A stretch of DNA of 64,000 nt from the NCBI GenBank assembly GCA_037447605.1, contig CM074813.1, positions 1,984,001-2,048,000 on the forward strand, read 5' to 3'. The translations under genes were made by a program, and so were the position numbers. Numbering within the stretch: the first letter of the stretch is position 1; every line of letters begins with the position of its first letter. The notes under the pieces were generated by a model. That model worked only from the letters and a program-made list of their open reading frames with translations. It ran no database searches and was not told where the DNA came from. Source of the stretch: Zygnema circumcarinatum SAG 698-1b. Taxonomy: Eukaryota > Plantae > Zygnematophyceae. Below, one piece after another: positions 1 through 13,663 of this stretch.

Positions 1-2491
1 CCCAGCTTGGAGATGGCGTAAAGCGATCCCACTCTTTAGGTAGGCACCTTATAGCTTAATCTTCACTTCCTGGAAATAAGATGGCTGCCTTCGGAAACGT
101 AAGCCTCTCTCTTCCCTCTGCGTCTTCCGCCACTTCGTTTTCAACTTCTCAACCAGTACTTTCCTGAGTGCCTGCCATTTGATTGGTCACCTCATGGGAT
201 TGCCTTGGTTCCTCTGTGTGTGCACCATCTCTCAAGATCATTCTTTTTACTTTAGGAGAACCGTTTTTTCAAAGATATGGCCGCTGTTTTCTGTCCATCA
301 TCCTCGTAGTGTCCTTTTTTTCCTTTCCCTGCCTTTACCTTCTTCCTCACCTAAGCACTCATGCGTTCTCCACCCTTTCCCCCATTTCCAGATTCTGCCT
401 CTTCAGGCCTACCAGCTGCTTCAATTCGTCGCGCTCCAAGTGTGACCAATGGCATGGCAGCAGCCCCCGCTTCTTCAGGCCACCATCTTCCGGAAGTGGG
501 AGATGATGATGAGGATGAAGAAGAGGAGCTTCCTGAGGATGATGAAGAGGTTGGCAAAGAAGAGGACGAAAATCAGCCAATAGTCTCCTCTGCCAAGTCA
601 AATGAAAATGGCGATTTACAGGTAAGAACTTCATCTGAAGTCCGAAAATGTTACCCTCTCCCTTTCCTCTTTCCGAAAGTGTTCAAATCCTCTGGACTAA
701 TAACCTCCTGTATGATTCTAGAGAAGATCCCCTTCATTCCTCCCTTCTTCCTCTTTCCTACTCCCTCACTCCTTTCCTTCCTCCTTCCTCCTCCTCCCTC
801 TCGCCGTCCCTCCCGCCTCTGTGGAACCATCATTGAAGTTCTAAACTTCACTTCATAATGTATGGGAATGCCACGCAGGAGAGGCCCATGGAGGCAGCAG
901 GGAACCACCATGGCCATGGCCACGATGATTCCGCCATGGCAAGGTCCCGCAGTGTGCAGGAGCTTCATGGCTTTCTTGCTCCCGATCCTGTTGCTGCCGA
1001 TATTCTCCGTAAAGAGCCGGAGCAGGAGACTTTTATTCGCCTTCGGGTGCATCCTGTAGGTGCGCTATCGCATAGCCCATCTAAACTGTACTGGAAAAGT
1101 GTACATGTTTTTACGTACGCAGCCAATGCAGTACAACTCGATTAAAGACTCGACACGCTTTAGGTTTTTTTTTTTGTTTTTTTGCCTCTGTACGTGAACT
1201 GGCTCAAGTGTGAAATGAAGCCCAACTGATGTGGTTCAAAGGTTGCTTCACGGGTCTGTGGCGGATGGACATGTGGTGTCCATTCACCGAACCCGGATTG
1301 CAGATGATAAAAATAACTGTAAGCTCTTCTTAGCCATGCCAAAAGACTTCGGCTATTGCCTCTTTAGGGATGGAAGTTAACGTACCTGGTTTCTGTTTAT
1401 AGAAGGATAATGCTGGTGAGTTTGATTCATGCAGATAAGCCATCGGCAGAGGAGGAAGAGGTATGCGTAATGATGCAGCAGCTTCTAGCCATGCGGGAGA
1501 GTTACGTATTCCGGGAGCAAGCTCCTGCATGGAGGACTGAAGCAATAGACCCGGGCACCCCTAAACCCAATCTTGTGCCGTTCAAGTACGACCCAATGCC
1601 GCCATCCGAGGTGCTCTCTCTCTCTTTTTCGCACTCGCCCTCTCCCTCTGTCTTCTTTCCTCATCGTGTACTTCGCTATAGAAAATGAGATTAAATGGGC
1701 CTCTATCTCGGGCTTTTCTGACTCTTTGTTCTTTCGACATTTTCTCTTCTCCCTCCCCCACCCTCCTCCCTTTCTATTATTTTCCCATAATGTGTTTTTT
1801 TCTAAGGAATTTGTGGATCCTCAAACTTCGAAAAACCGTAATGTGTTCTAAAAGCCCACTTTACCCTGCGTTTGGCAGCATGTGTTCGCCATGGTCGATG
1901 GCGTGGTGCGAGTCTACGCCAACCGAGATTGTAACTCCGACTCCTTACCACTGCCCTTTATGCCATACTGTGTTTAGTCCATGCCGAATAGAAAGCCGCG
2001 CATTTTTAGAATCTACTGACACAGTGGGAATGGGAGAAAGTGCAGCTACCACAGAACTGTTCCCTGTTGCGGACGCGACGACCTTCTTCACAGACCTTCA
2101 CCGCGTGCTGAGAGTTGTCTCTCTGGGCTCAGTGCGAACGCTCTGCCATCACCGCCTGCTGCTCTTGGAGAAGGTATGTTTGTCCCTCCCTCCCTCCCTC
2201 NNNNNNNNNNCCTGCCTCCCACTCCCCCTCCCTCCCTCCTTCCCTCCCTCCCGTCCCCTAACCTTCCCCTTCCCTTTCGCCGCGCGCAGAAGTTTCAGCT
2301 GCACCTGATGCTGAACGCGGACCGCGAGTTTTTGGCCCAGAAGAGTGCGCCGCACCGCGACTTCTACAACGTGCGGAAAGTGGACACGCACGTGCACCAC
2401 AGCGCGTGCATGAACCAGAAACACCTCCTGCGCTTCATCAAGTCCAAACTGCGCAAGGAACCCGATGAGGTCCCCCATCTCTCACTCTATC

Positions 2492-2553
<62 letters not shown>

Positions 2554-5125
2554 CCCATCCCACGTTTCTTTCTCACCCATCAGACGGCCGTCTTTTCACA
2601 CCTCATGCACACGCATGCGCTTCACCCTGTTGGGTTTGCGAAGGCGTTACAAAATACTTTTTGTTCTGTTATATTGTTTGGTGAGAGTAGATAGAAGGGC
2701 TGGATACAGTGCTAGAATTTCTCTAATATGATTGGTGCAGTGGATGGGAAGGGAATTGAATGGCCGGTTCACTTTTTGTGTTTTGTCCTCCAACTTGGCT
2801 GTTGCTCAGGTGGTGATTTTCAGAGATGGAAAGTATTTGACTCTCAGAGAAGTGTTCGAAAGTCTGGACCTCACAGGGTAGGCCAGCTCTATCTTACTTC
2901 CATTTTTTTTCTAAAAGACCTTTTCGTCAATCAGTCTACCCCTTTGTACTGAAACAACCTAAGGTGTAAGATCAAATTTTGATCTAAGTTCAGACAGCCA
3001 AGAATAGCGAGGTCTTTTCGATAAAATCTAATGTATATATTTTTTTATAATGTCTGGATTGGCGTTGGTCCCTTTTCTGCAATTACTTTCTGCTTGCAGG
3101 TATGACTTGAACGTGGATCTGCTCGATGTGCATGCGGACAAGAACACATTTCATCGATTTGACAAATTTAACCTCAAATATAACCCCTGTGGACAGAGTC
3201 GACTGAGAGAAATTTTCATCAAGCAAGACAACTTGATCCAGGGTATTTCCTTTTCCCGCCTTCTGGCTTAGGGAAGTAGTAACATTGTTACTTCCACCCT
3301 AATTCTCGCCATGAACTACCAGGAGTGGTAGATCTCGGTCATATTGAACGCTTTTGTGTTTGTTGTTGCAGGTCGGTTTTTGGCGGAGCTTACCAAAGAG
3401 GTATTCTCTGATCTGGGGGCTAGCAAGTATCAGGTGAATACGCACACCATGTCAATTCTTTTTGGGATTTCTTTGTATTTTTTTTCTGGGTCGGTTTACG
3501 TATTCGTCTATATTATTTCTCATGCCGACCCTGTTCCTCAGGAGTCGCCCTTTTGGCCGATAAATTATGACTAACTAGTTGACTGCTGGTTTGAACATGG
3601 ACTGACAGATGGCTGAATACCGCATCTCGGTATATGGGCGGACGAAGAGTGAGTGGGATCAGCTGGCATCGTGGATCATAAACAACGACTTGTACAGCGA
3701 AAATGTTGTTTGGCTCATACAGGTGCTACTTCTCGACTTTCTTCAAACACCGAAAACACTAGATAGAGTCTTAACTTGGCAAAAGCTCCCAAAACCCATC
3801 TGCAGCAGACTGCATTCCGCCAATCCACATATAATTCCTTATCCTGCATTCATCTTCCTCCATATGGCTGTTCTATGCTCATTTTGGGTACATTCTGCTG
3901 CTGCAGCTGCCTCGCCTATACAACGTTTATAAGGAAATGGGGATCGTACATTCCTTTCAGAACATACTGGACAATGTGTTTATTCCCCTTTTCGAGGTTA
4001 CTGTGGACCCGTCCACCCACCCTCACCTCCATGTCTTCCTCAACCAAGTAGTGGGCTTTGACATGGTAGATGATGAGAGCAAGCCGGAACGGAGGCCCAC
4101 GAAGCACATGCAAACGCCGGCTCAGTGGGATAATCCATTCAATCCCGCATACTCCTACTGGGCCTACTATGTATACGCCAACCTCTACATTCTGAATAAG
4201 GTGAATTTCACTCCTTATTTGGAAGATTGTCTTACGATGTATTGTTCACATAATCCCTAGAACCGGGGAACTTGAGATTCCCCATCCTTAGGACCTTCTG
4301 ACAAGATTGGCTCGTGGGCGGGTGATGTCCGCCTGCAGCTAAGGGAATCGAAAGGTCTTTCGATAATTAAGTTCCGGCCCCACTCTGGAGAGGTAAGCTT
4401 CTGGGTTGTGCTTCGCGAATGTTCTGTTTCTGTAAGACCTAATGTGAAGTATGCACATTTGCCATGGACCTTATTATCGCTGCGAGGCCGGGCAGGCGGG
4501 CGACATCGACCACTTGGCCGCGACCTTCCTGCTCGCCCACAACATAGCACACGGCAACAACCTGCGCAAGTCCCCTGGTTTGCAGTACCTCTACTACCTC
4601 GCGCAGGTGCGGGAAGAAGAAGTGCTATGAAGAGTGCACACGAGGACAGCAGAGAGTGACGGAGGGCGGGGTGGGGGAGAGTGGGGAGTGGGAAGGGGGT
4701 GATGATGATGGTGAGGCTAGGGAGAAGGGAAAGGAGAGGGAAAATGCAAATTTGGAGAGGGGAGGAGTGTGGGGAAGAGGGAGAGGGAGAGGGGATAAGA
4801 GGGAGAGGAAAATACAAATCTGGGGGAGGCGGTGGGAGGGGAGAAGGAGGAGGGGAGTCATGTTGGAAAGAGAGAGAGTCTAACGCATCTCCCCTTGTGC
4901 TTTTTGTGCTTTCAGATTGGTCTTGCAATGTCGCCACTGAGCAATAATTCGCTATTTCTCGACTACCACCGAAACCCATTTCCCACCTTCTTCTCTCGCG
5001 GTTTGAACATTTCACTCTCTACCGATGATCCCCTCCAGATTCATCTCACCAAGGAGCCGCTCGTGGAGGAGTACTCGATTGCTGCTCAGGTGTGCTCTCT
5101 CCCTTTACTTCTCTCTTTATCGCTC

Positions 5126-5156
<31 letters not shown>

Positions 5157-6437
5157 GCTCTCTCTCTCTCGCTCTCTCTCTCGCTCTCTCTCTATTTATC
5201 TCAGTGTGTGGTTTTAGAAGTATACTTGGGTAGTGGACATAGGATGTTGCTGAGGAAACGGAGCAATAGAAAGTGGTTGTGGTGAGAGGACGGGGAGGGT
5301 AGAGTTGAGAAGGGGAACGCTGACAAGAAGAGGGAGACCCATTTACCAGGGCTAAAAGGTAAAAGGGTTGAAGACTTCGTGTAATGAAAATGAGAAAGGG
5401 GGAGAGAAGAAAAAGGGGTCGATGGGAAAAAGGTGGACAGACGTGAAGTGAAGTAAGGGACAAAAAGGAAGGAGAAGGGAGCAGCAGGTCTGTTGAGGCC
5501 CTGGGCCCGGGGATTCTGGATGGGAGAGGAGGTGGGGAATGAGGTGAGTAGGAGCTGCCAAGGGAGAGAGAGGCAAAAGGTTGCTAAGGGACAACGAGGA
5601 AGTAGAGAGGATTCAGCGGGGAATCTGTTAAGTTTAGTTGAATCGAATGGCGGAGTGGGATGGAGTGAGATTTGGGGTGAGGGGAACTTAGAGCTTCTCT
5701 TGGTGTGCTTTGATGGAAACCTCAGGTGTGGAAGCTGAGCTCCTGTGATATATGCGAAATTGCACGAAATTCCGTCTACCAATCTGGATTCTCACATTCC
5801 GTGAAGGTTGGCTCATTGTCCTTGCCTGTCCGAAGAATTAATTTGCATGTCTGTTTTCATTTCTCATATGCTGGAGTGTATGTCGCCCGCACCCCTCTCA
5901 TATCTACTCTCATCTCCCACTTGGTGTCTTAACAATTCGCACTTACGTGTACCGTTACCTCCACTATCCAGTGCTCAGGTAATTGTTATTATTATTTTTT
6001 TCTTTCTCTTTCCATGCATTTCTTTTTTCCAGTACTGACGATGTTGGGCAAGGGAGGGATGTTGAATTGTATAGTCACATTGGTTGGGTCTCAACTACTA
6101 CAAGAGGGGCCCCGATGGAAACGACATCCACAAAAGCAACGTGCCTCACATGCGAGTGGAGTACCGCCATGAGGTCGGAAACTATAAATCCTTCAAAAGA
6201 ATTGCTTTGCTCTGCAGCGTTCCTGCAATGCAGTTTAGTCTCACGTCCTGCCTCCTTGTTGTAGGGAGGGCAAGCTTGCCACTTCAGGCCCTAAATTCTG
6301 ATCCTTCTTTTGATGGAACCATTGAAGCCTTCAGAATCCTAAACCCTCACGATCTTGTCTGTTACCAGGTGTGGCAAGAGGAGCTTCAGTACGTGTATCT
6401 AGGGCACACCAAAACGCCCGAAGAGATCGATCCATAA
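1..6437 (+). CDS. AMPD: AMP deaminase, multi-exon, 5'-truncated by the window edge
   Basis: GT-AG exons join in frame: about 878-1059 ([18 protein letters not shown]), 2289-2469 ([37 protein letters not shown]), [48 protein letters not shown]...[23 protein letters not shown]|[64 protein letters not shown] and last exon [12 protein letters not shown]...DP* at 6437. These match plant AMPD (Arabidopsis FAC1) motifs. Confidence 0.97.
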
Positions 6438-6857
6438 AATACTCAGCACGTTTTCAGCCCAGAATTCAAAATAACCTCATTCGCGGTGATAACCTTTTGT
6501 TCAATTGCGCAAATGGTAAATGTACCAAGCACGGAAGCTTCCAATTGGCTGAGAGCCCCTCACATAGAATAGGGTACTTTGACTCGTTTTGGCCGCCTAG
6601 ATCGGGAAGGTTCAGTTTGGCCGCTTAGCTTGAGATTGGCATTACAAATGTGGCAGTACAAAGTTGTTTTTTGTAGGTGGATGATTTGTACGGGTTAGCT
6701 TTACGGGTTGCTGTTGATCCGCAGCAAGATGGGTTATTGGAGCATGTGAAATGACGCGTTGGCCGAATGCCTCGGAAAAGAATACTATTGTATCTTATGG
6801 CTTCAAGACTATCTCTATCCTGCTTCTCCATACACCCCTCTCTGTCCCACCCCTCCC

Positions 6858-6955
6858 TCTCTCCCACCCCTCTCCCCCACTCTCCCCCACTTTCCCCCTC
6901 TCTCCCCCACTCTCCCCCACTTTCCCCCTCTCTCCCCCACTCCCCCACTCCCCCA
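6858..6955. repeat. C-rich minisatellite (TCTCCCCCAC-based, about 30-nt unit), G-quadruplex-prone on the minus strand
   Basis: TCTCCCCCACTCTCCCCCACTTTCCCCCTC repeated about 2.5 times downstream of AMPD. Confidence 0.8.
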
Positions 6956-7318
6956 CCCCCCCTCTCCCATCCTCCTCCTTCCTAGCGCATCCCTCCATCC
7001 ACCTCAGAACATGACAGCCCTACAACTGGCATCAAGGTGAAAAGGATGAATCTCTACGAACTGCAGGCCTCAAAGAAGTGAAGGATCTCCTTTCTCACTC
7101 GCTTCTAGGTTTCATCTATACATGTCTTCGCCGTGAAATAAACATATATCTGCGGTGTAAAATGAACCGCTCGAACCTCGCTCTCTCTTTCGCCCCTCGT
7201 TCTCCTACATAGACTCTCATCTATCTAAGTACATTACGATTCCTAGCCCCTATCCAAGAAAAAACTTAATCGAGAAACAAGAATGAAAGAACCGCCATCC
7301 TCGAAACAGTATCGGAGC

Positions 7319-8641
7319 TTAGCTCGGTGGGCCAGGAAGCAAAAAATTGACGCCGGAATGGAGGCGCTGAAACTCAATGAATGCACAAAAGAACCCCCAG
7401 TCCACGGTTTCGGGCGCAGGCTGACTATCATCTTGGAGATAGATCCCAAGCACCTTCAAGTTAGACTGCCAAGCTAGGAACTGCCCGAGAAGTTTCGCCA
7501 CTGAAGTGTCGAACGTTTGAAACCCCAAATGAAGCTCCTCGAGACTGTTCGATGCCCCACTCGCCTTGCTCGACTCAAATCCTAATTCCGGCAGACGAGC
7601 CGTAATATCCGCACCTATATGGGCAAACTTCAGGTATTCGGACAGGCCAAAAAAATGGTTTAACATTTCAAGCGGGCATGGCGCCTGATTCTCATCTTCC
7701 TGCAGACTCACGTTCTCCAAAACTAGCTTCTTAAGACTTGAACTTTTCGCCAAAAGCGCTCTGACAGGCCCCCACTCCTGCCGCATTGCGTGACTTTCTT
7801 CGCCCCGCAGATAAAGGACTTCCAGCGAGGGCAACTTCTCTTTGTTAATCTGCAAAGAAGTTTCCGACTGTCCTAAAATCTTCAAAACTTTCAAAGCTGC
7901 AGCATCCTCCAGAACCACGTTCCGCGTGTCTCGCAGCTCCAGTTCTCGCAAATTGGGAGCGTTTATCACAATATTTTCAAGTTCCTCCGGGCAGAAATCC
8001 TCCTCCGCTGTTTGAGGGCCCCTGTGCAGCTTCTTCAACGACTGTGAGGACACTACGGGCAGAAATAGTCCCACCACGTTTCCGAGCTGCAAAGTCTCCA
8101 GTCTAGGGCACAGTTTCACCAACCCATCCAACTGGTTATCAGTAACACACAACCCTAACCCTAAACTTAGGGTTTGCAAATTGGCCAGCGGCCGACATTT
8201 CTTGTCCAAATCCTCGTCTTGAATGGTCCCTCCCAGAAGCTCCAGCCTCACCAAGTTCCTGAAAAGCGACAGCTGCCGAATGCGGTGCAAGTCCCACGGA
8301 AACCGGTTGCAGAAATGCAGCGACAAATGCTGCAGAGAAGGAGACGTGTGCATGGCCCAGGCCGCCAGCACGGCTGCGCTGAACGAGGAGTCTGTGAGAG
8401 GGTCCTTGAACTTGAGCACCTCCAAATTCTCACTGTCGAGGACCATCTTCGTGACCACGAGCTCCTCGTCCGCGTCCTCCACGCCCAGGCCGCTCATGTC
8501 GAACACGAGCTCGCGGGCATGGCGGGATGCTTCTGCGAAGGTGCGGGAGACGATGGAGCAGGAGAGAACGTCAGCTGCGGACCCGAGGAAGGAGAGGATG
8601 TGGCTGATCAGGCTCTGCGGGAGGCGCTGAAAGGGGTCCAT
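7319..8641 (-). CDS. Intronless F-box/LRR (RNI-like) protein, At1g67190-like
   Basis: Lies in ORF 7319..8815. Likely start is the ATG at 8641 (MDPFQRLPQSLISHILSFL...CSIVSRTF, an F-box). LRR-like repeats follow, plus FSAAVLAAWAMHT and SSSLKKLVLENV segments resembling At1g67190. The part upstream of 8641 is a (CT) microsatellite. Confidence 0.88.
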   Translation of the reverse strand: MDPFQRLPQSLISHILSFLGSAADVLSCSIVSRTFAEASRHARELVFDMSGLGVEDADEELVVTKMVLDSENLEVLKFKDPLTDSSFSAAVLAAWAMHTSPSLQHLSLHFCNRFPWDLHRIRQLSLFRNLVRLELLGGTIQDEDLDKKCRPLANLQTLSLGLGLCVTDNQLDGLVKLCPRLETLQLGNVVGLFLPVVSSQSLKKLHRGPQTAEEDFCPEELENIVINAPNLRELELRDTRNVVLEDAAALKVLKILGQSETSLQINKEKLPSLEVLYLRGEESHAMRQEWGPVRALLAKSSSLKKLVLENVSLQEDENQAPCPLEMLNHFFGLSEYLKFAHIGADITARLPELGFESSKASGASNSLEELHLGFQTFDTSVAKLLGQFLAWQSNLKVLGIYLQDDSQPAPETVDWGFFCAFIEFQRLHSGVNFLLPGPPS

Positions 8642-9720
8642 GGGAGGCGGAGAGAGGGAGAGGGAGAGGGAGAGGGAGAGGGAGAGCGAATGCTGAAGGG
8701 AGAGCAGAGGGAGCGAGAGGGGGAAGACGGAGGGAGTGCGGGAGGAAGACCAGAGGGGGGAGCGGACCGGCCAAGCCTGTTCGTACAACGTGAAAATTGT
8801 CCCGTTGAAGGGCATCCGTACAGTGTCGACCGTACAAATTTCGACTTCTTCTGTTCCTCGTGGTTTCTAGTTTCGTTTCGTGGTTTTTGGTAATTGGCTT
8901 GTCATGGTTGCGAGGTTTTCTGCTATCCCTGACTTGTCCAATATTTACTTTCGTTTTCGCAGGTCATCTTTTATTGGATTGCATAGCTAGTTTTTTTTTG
9001 TTTTTTTTTTTTTCAATAGCTACTTACTTTCGTCCAATACTCGGTGGCATTTCTCGTTTAAAAGTATTCCCAGCAGAGGTTTCTTAGCCTGGTCGCCTTT
9101 CTTTCTTCTCAGTGCCTTACTTTTTCGCTTTCGATGGCTTTCTGTTTCCCCCAACCTTTTCTCCGCTGGTCTTTATTGTCTTATGGGGAAACCACTGAGA
9201 AAATGGACCCAGAAATCACAAGGCAAAAACAAAAAAAAGGGAACCACACGTGAAATAGAAAAGGACCATCTAGAACTCTTGCATACAAAATCAAGATCAA
9301 TTTAATGAACCTACTTAATATTACAGTGCTAATTTCAATACATCATGTACCACATCTGTACGCAGTAGCACATGAAGCCTCATAGAAACCCGAGATTATA
9401 ATTTCCTTTCCATTGGCCAAACTCTTCTGAACCTTCCACAGCGGAGCCTGAATTTAAGTCATCTCTGGTCGTGGTCGGCCGCACCCTGTAGCTGAAGGCA
9501 GCAAAACGGCAAGGCCGAGGTTCGGTGAGAGAGCTTGGCGCGGCCGGGGGGGGGAGGGGGGGAGGGAGACCGGGAAACCTAAGGAGACCGGGAAAAAATT
9601 TCAAGCTGAGTTTTGGCGTCCTTTCACTGACAGTAGAACGAACATACGGAGGTGAGAGAGCAGCGGGCGAGACAGAGACTGTGAAGGAGAGAGAGAGAGG
9701 AGAGAGGAGAGGGTGGGGGT

Positions 9721-12700
9721 TCAGAATCGTCTGAGTTTGACAAGAGCCCAAGCAAGGAAGCCGGTGAAAGCCCCCCCGAGATGCGCTGCGTGGCCGATGC
9801 TCGCATTCTGGCCCCCCTCCGTACATACATAGGGGAGTGCACGAAACAAGTCAAGCTAACGCGTTGTATTCTATGGCTGCCACCTCACACAAAGCATGTT
9901 TGAGATCACTCTGGACCGCCCAATGAGCGCAACACAGCGAGACATGAATGTAAAAGGTGCGAGCATGGACACCGAAATGCCTCACCGTATTAGTTACGTT
10001 GTAAAAGTCGTGCAGGATAAAGCCCAGACCCTGCATGCATATACGATGGGTTCACCAAAACTATGAGAGCAGGGCTGCCCAAATGATAGGAATCTAGCGA
10101 ACGCAGGGAACCTGACGACGAGGCGTGTTGGTCGCACAAAGAGCATAGTCACACGTGTGCTGGATTTGAAGCATAAAGTGATCATTGCAATATATAGTTT
10201 TCCGGCTTTGAAATGGTGGTACATATTGTCTTGACACGAAACTTTGAAAACAAAAAAGAATAATGGAACGAAACAGGCAGCAGACTGAAAGGGACGCTTC
10301 TGAAAGGGTCTAGAACGAACATGTAAGTGATTAATTACGGCCGTTGTGGTTAAAGGATGGTGGAAAGGCCTGCTTACCACAGCAATGGCTGGAAGAGGGA
10401 TGAAGAAGTTGATGTAAATGATGCGAGTTGGAAACAAGAGGCACTGCATCAGCACGATGGCGTTGACTGCTCCACTCGCACCCTAACATAAAAAAAAGGC
10501 AGAAAGGACTCAGCATTTAAGTCCACCATCCACCAATCTAAGCAGAGACCACCAACAACTGCATGCCAGCTAGAATATACATGCGACCCTAAAAGCCCTA
10601 TCATGCTTCAAAACATTGGCTTCAGTACTTTACCCCAGGAACTAAATTCTGTGGGGGAAACTGGCAAAATTGTGAAAAAGAAATGAAGGAGAAATAATGG
10701 ATTTACGAGTGCAGGAATGTCTAGGTATTGACGTCCCCCCAAAGAATATTGCCTTCGTTTCATCTGCATCCAGCTCAGAGGAAAAAATCATTTGAAACAA
10801 CTCAATATCCTCACTTTCTCTGATCATGAAGCTTGAAAGCTATGAAACATCATCATGAATGGAGAACACAGTAAAAGACAGAACATAGAAATGAGAAATA
10901 TCTAGCATCTGTGCCCAAAGATTTGAGAATACCAACCTGTGACTCGTTCACATACTTAACATATGCTAAATGGCAGAGAGAGGCTCCCAGTCCGCCCACT
11001 AAGTAGAGGCCCAACAAGTAGTTCGCCCCAAATAACCGAGCGATCTGCAGCAGCAACTTTCCGAATGCAGGATCAACCTCACTTCAAAAATCAGACAAAG
11101 AGGGAAGTCGGGCGGGGGAGGATGGAGGAAACCGAGCTTTTGCAATAGATTCTGAGGGGAATAATGGAAGTATTGGACAGACAACAGAAGGGAAGCAGGA
11201 GGCAGTGAGTAGAGAAAATACTCCTTCCCCTCCCTTCCACCTTTGATTTTTTTTTCTGCTTCTCACATTTCCAATGAGAACACATGATTTTCCCGTCCTA
11301 GCACCCTTCCTCAGCATCCCTATTCCCTCTTCGTCCCTCACCTTTCCCTCCACCGACTCCCTCTCGTCTCCCATTTTCCGTCCCCCACTCACTCCTCTCC
11401 TTCCCCTCGTCCCTTCTCCCTCTCTCTTTTTCCCTTTCCCTTCGCATTAACCCTCCCCCTCCTCCCTCCCACAGTGAAGCGGCAAATGCAGCACAAACCT
11501 CTGTCCCAAAGTAGTACAGGCCGATCATGTTGGCCGCCAGATGGTAGGGCTCGCGATGGCTGAACGCGCTCGTCAGCAGAGTGTGCCACCGCCCGCTGGA
11601 CACACTCTCATAAGATATCTGCTCTGCTCAAAAAGAGCACTTGTAAATTGGGCAGAAATTACAAGGGGCAACACGGGGTTTCAGTCTGATTGATGAAAAA
11701 GAGCCTTGCCCTGAAAAGCTTAAATGCATAGCTTCAATTGCTTTCTGTAAGAGTCTACAATCCTTGCTTTATTCTTCCATTTTCAGCATTGTTTTGCATA
11801 CCGTGAAATTTCTTCGCATGAAACCGGTATCAACAACTTGCCAGGCAGAGAATACTGCAACATTTGTGAGGATAAGGCCCCATACTGTCTCGGTTTCTCT
11901 TCTGCAAAAGATCGTAGAACACAGAACATACCTTCGCAGTTTAACTAACCTTCAAAACTGGACACGCTCAACAAAGAGCTCACTGGGGTTCGACATACGA
12001 CATGGAGAAACACGTACACAAGTTGCTGATTCAAGGACCGACGGAATCGTTTTTTGAGAAGCAAAAAAAAATTACTGAGGGCAGACGAACTCATCTTTAA
12101 ATATACCATCATTACTCCTACTCTTACTCATACTCCTGCATGCACGCTGGTTTATTCCAGTTTGATAAAGCAAGTTCAGAAGCAACGCTGTGGAAATTTG
12201 AATCCTGCCTTTTGGTAATAACGATTAAACGGATTCAAACGATTACTTTAGTTTTGAGCAAATGAGTGAACACCTTGTCGTATATGCGAAATTTCAGTAT
12301 TTTAGTGTTCAATGGCGCAGGAACAATTTTATGTGCAAAAGCATTGGAAAAATGGGAAAAAAAGAGACAAATTGACAGGCAATGTCAAAGACATTTAATA
12401 AAATTAAACTCTAATAATGCTGAGGTTAAGCCACAAGAAATTTAAATAACACGCGTCCTATGGCTGTGCAACCTGCACGGCTACAAAAAGAGACGATAAA
12501 AGTACCCGAAGCTCCTGCGAAAAGAGAGCGAGCCGTAAGGAGCGCGCTGAGCCATCGCTGAATTCCCTCCGCGGAATAAGCGGAGGGCGCTTTCTCTCCC
12601 TCGCGCCGCCACATGGTAGAACGCCACTCGCCGCCGCAGCCTAATTATCTCCTCTGACGCCCGCACAGGGCGGGGATCACGAGCGAAGCCTTGAAGCTCC

Positions 12701-12879
12701 CGCCATGGATGCCACGTCGGCCTTGTTGACGAGGCATGGTGTGGAGAAAAAGGAGCTTGCAACCTGCAGGAGGGCGGTGCTGCCAAGGCGGATAGCTTCG
12801 AAGGAAATGCGGGAGATAAGGCGGCGCGAAGAGAGCAGCAGAAAGCTCTGCGAAGGACAGACGCAGCCATGGCCGCCAT
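9721..12879 (-). CDS. RBL12: Rhomboid protease, RBL12/PARL-like (probably mitochondrial), multi-exon
   Basis: Arg/Ser/Ala-rich N-terminus MAAMAASVLRRAF. Exons encode VWGLILTNVAVFSAWQ, GRWHTLLTSAFSHREPYHLAANMIGLYYFG, IARLFGANYLLGLYLVGG, DIPAL|GASGAVNAI (catalytic Ser), LLFPTRIIYINFFIPLPA and GHAAHLGGAFTGFLAW...RRF* (catalytic His). Confidence 0.92.
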
Positions 12880-13663
12880 GGCTGCTGGCCCTGCTCTGGG
12901 AGCGCGGAGCCATAGCGATTGCCAACTGGCAGCGACGCTGCCCGTCGGAGACACTGCTGGGGTTCGTACGTCATGCTGACGTCTGCATGGTGCAAATGCA
13001 TAGGGTAGCGCATGGGTGCATGGATGCATGGCATGTGTGTCGATGTGCATGTATGTGAGTGCTCATGGCGTGATGATGCCCATCCAGTCATCCATTGAAA
13101 AGGGATTTCCTAACATCATGGCATGATCCCTTGCCTCGAGTTATGTTATGTGATCTTTAAAACATCGCAAAAGTCGAACCATTTGGATAGGCAAAACAAT
13201 GGAATGTCTGCAAAGTAGTGGATTCAACGATTGATAACTATTGTTAAATATTGCATCCATTTCTTACTACTAGTCACAACAATTGTCTGCCAATGGATGC
13301 CAATGGGACTGCTGAGCGGGGGACCCAGCCAACCACTGCCCATGGTTGGAGCGTTAATCAGCGGGCCTAGCCAATGACTGCCAATGGTCGAAACCATTGG
13401 ATAAAATGGTAGCCAACCATTGGCATGTTGGCCATGTTGGCACATTGCTGTTGACATGTTGGCCATGTTTGCCATGTTGCCATTATGGCATGTTGGCATG
13501 ATGCCACCCATGGCACAATATCGCATCGAATCCCCATCCTTGTCCATATCGAGTGGCGATATATTGGCGCATGTCGGCAAGTGCAGTGCGAGCGCGGGAG
13601 GGCGCCAGTGGAGGAAGGGGCGGGGGAGAGCGAGGCGCTGGTGCGGAGAGGAGCGAATGAGTC

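Noticed and set aside
2201-2210. 10-N runs here and at 49373-49382 and 59489-59498
   Set aside because: Assembly placeholders in C-rich low-complexity tracts, not biology. True lengths are unknown.
4257-5782. Long Pro/Ser/Leu or Gly/Glu/Arg ORFs on both strands, also at 32253-32771, 35473-35809 and 44352-44675
   Set aside because: They are translations of purine/pyrimidine intron tracts inside confidently modelled genes.
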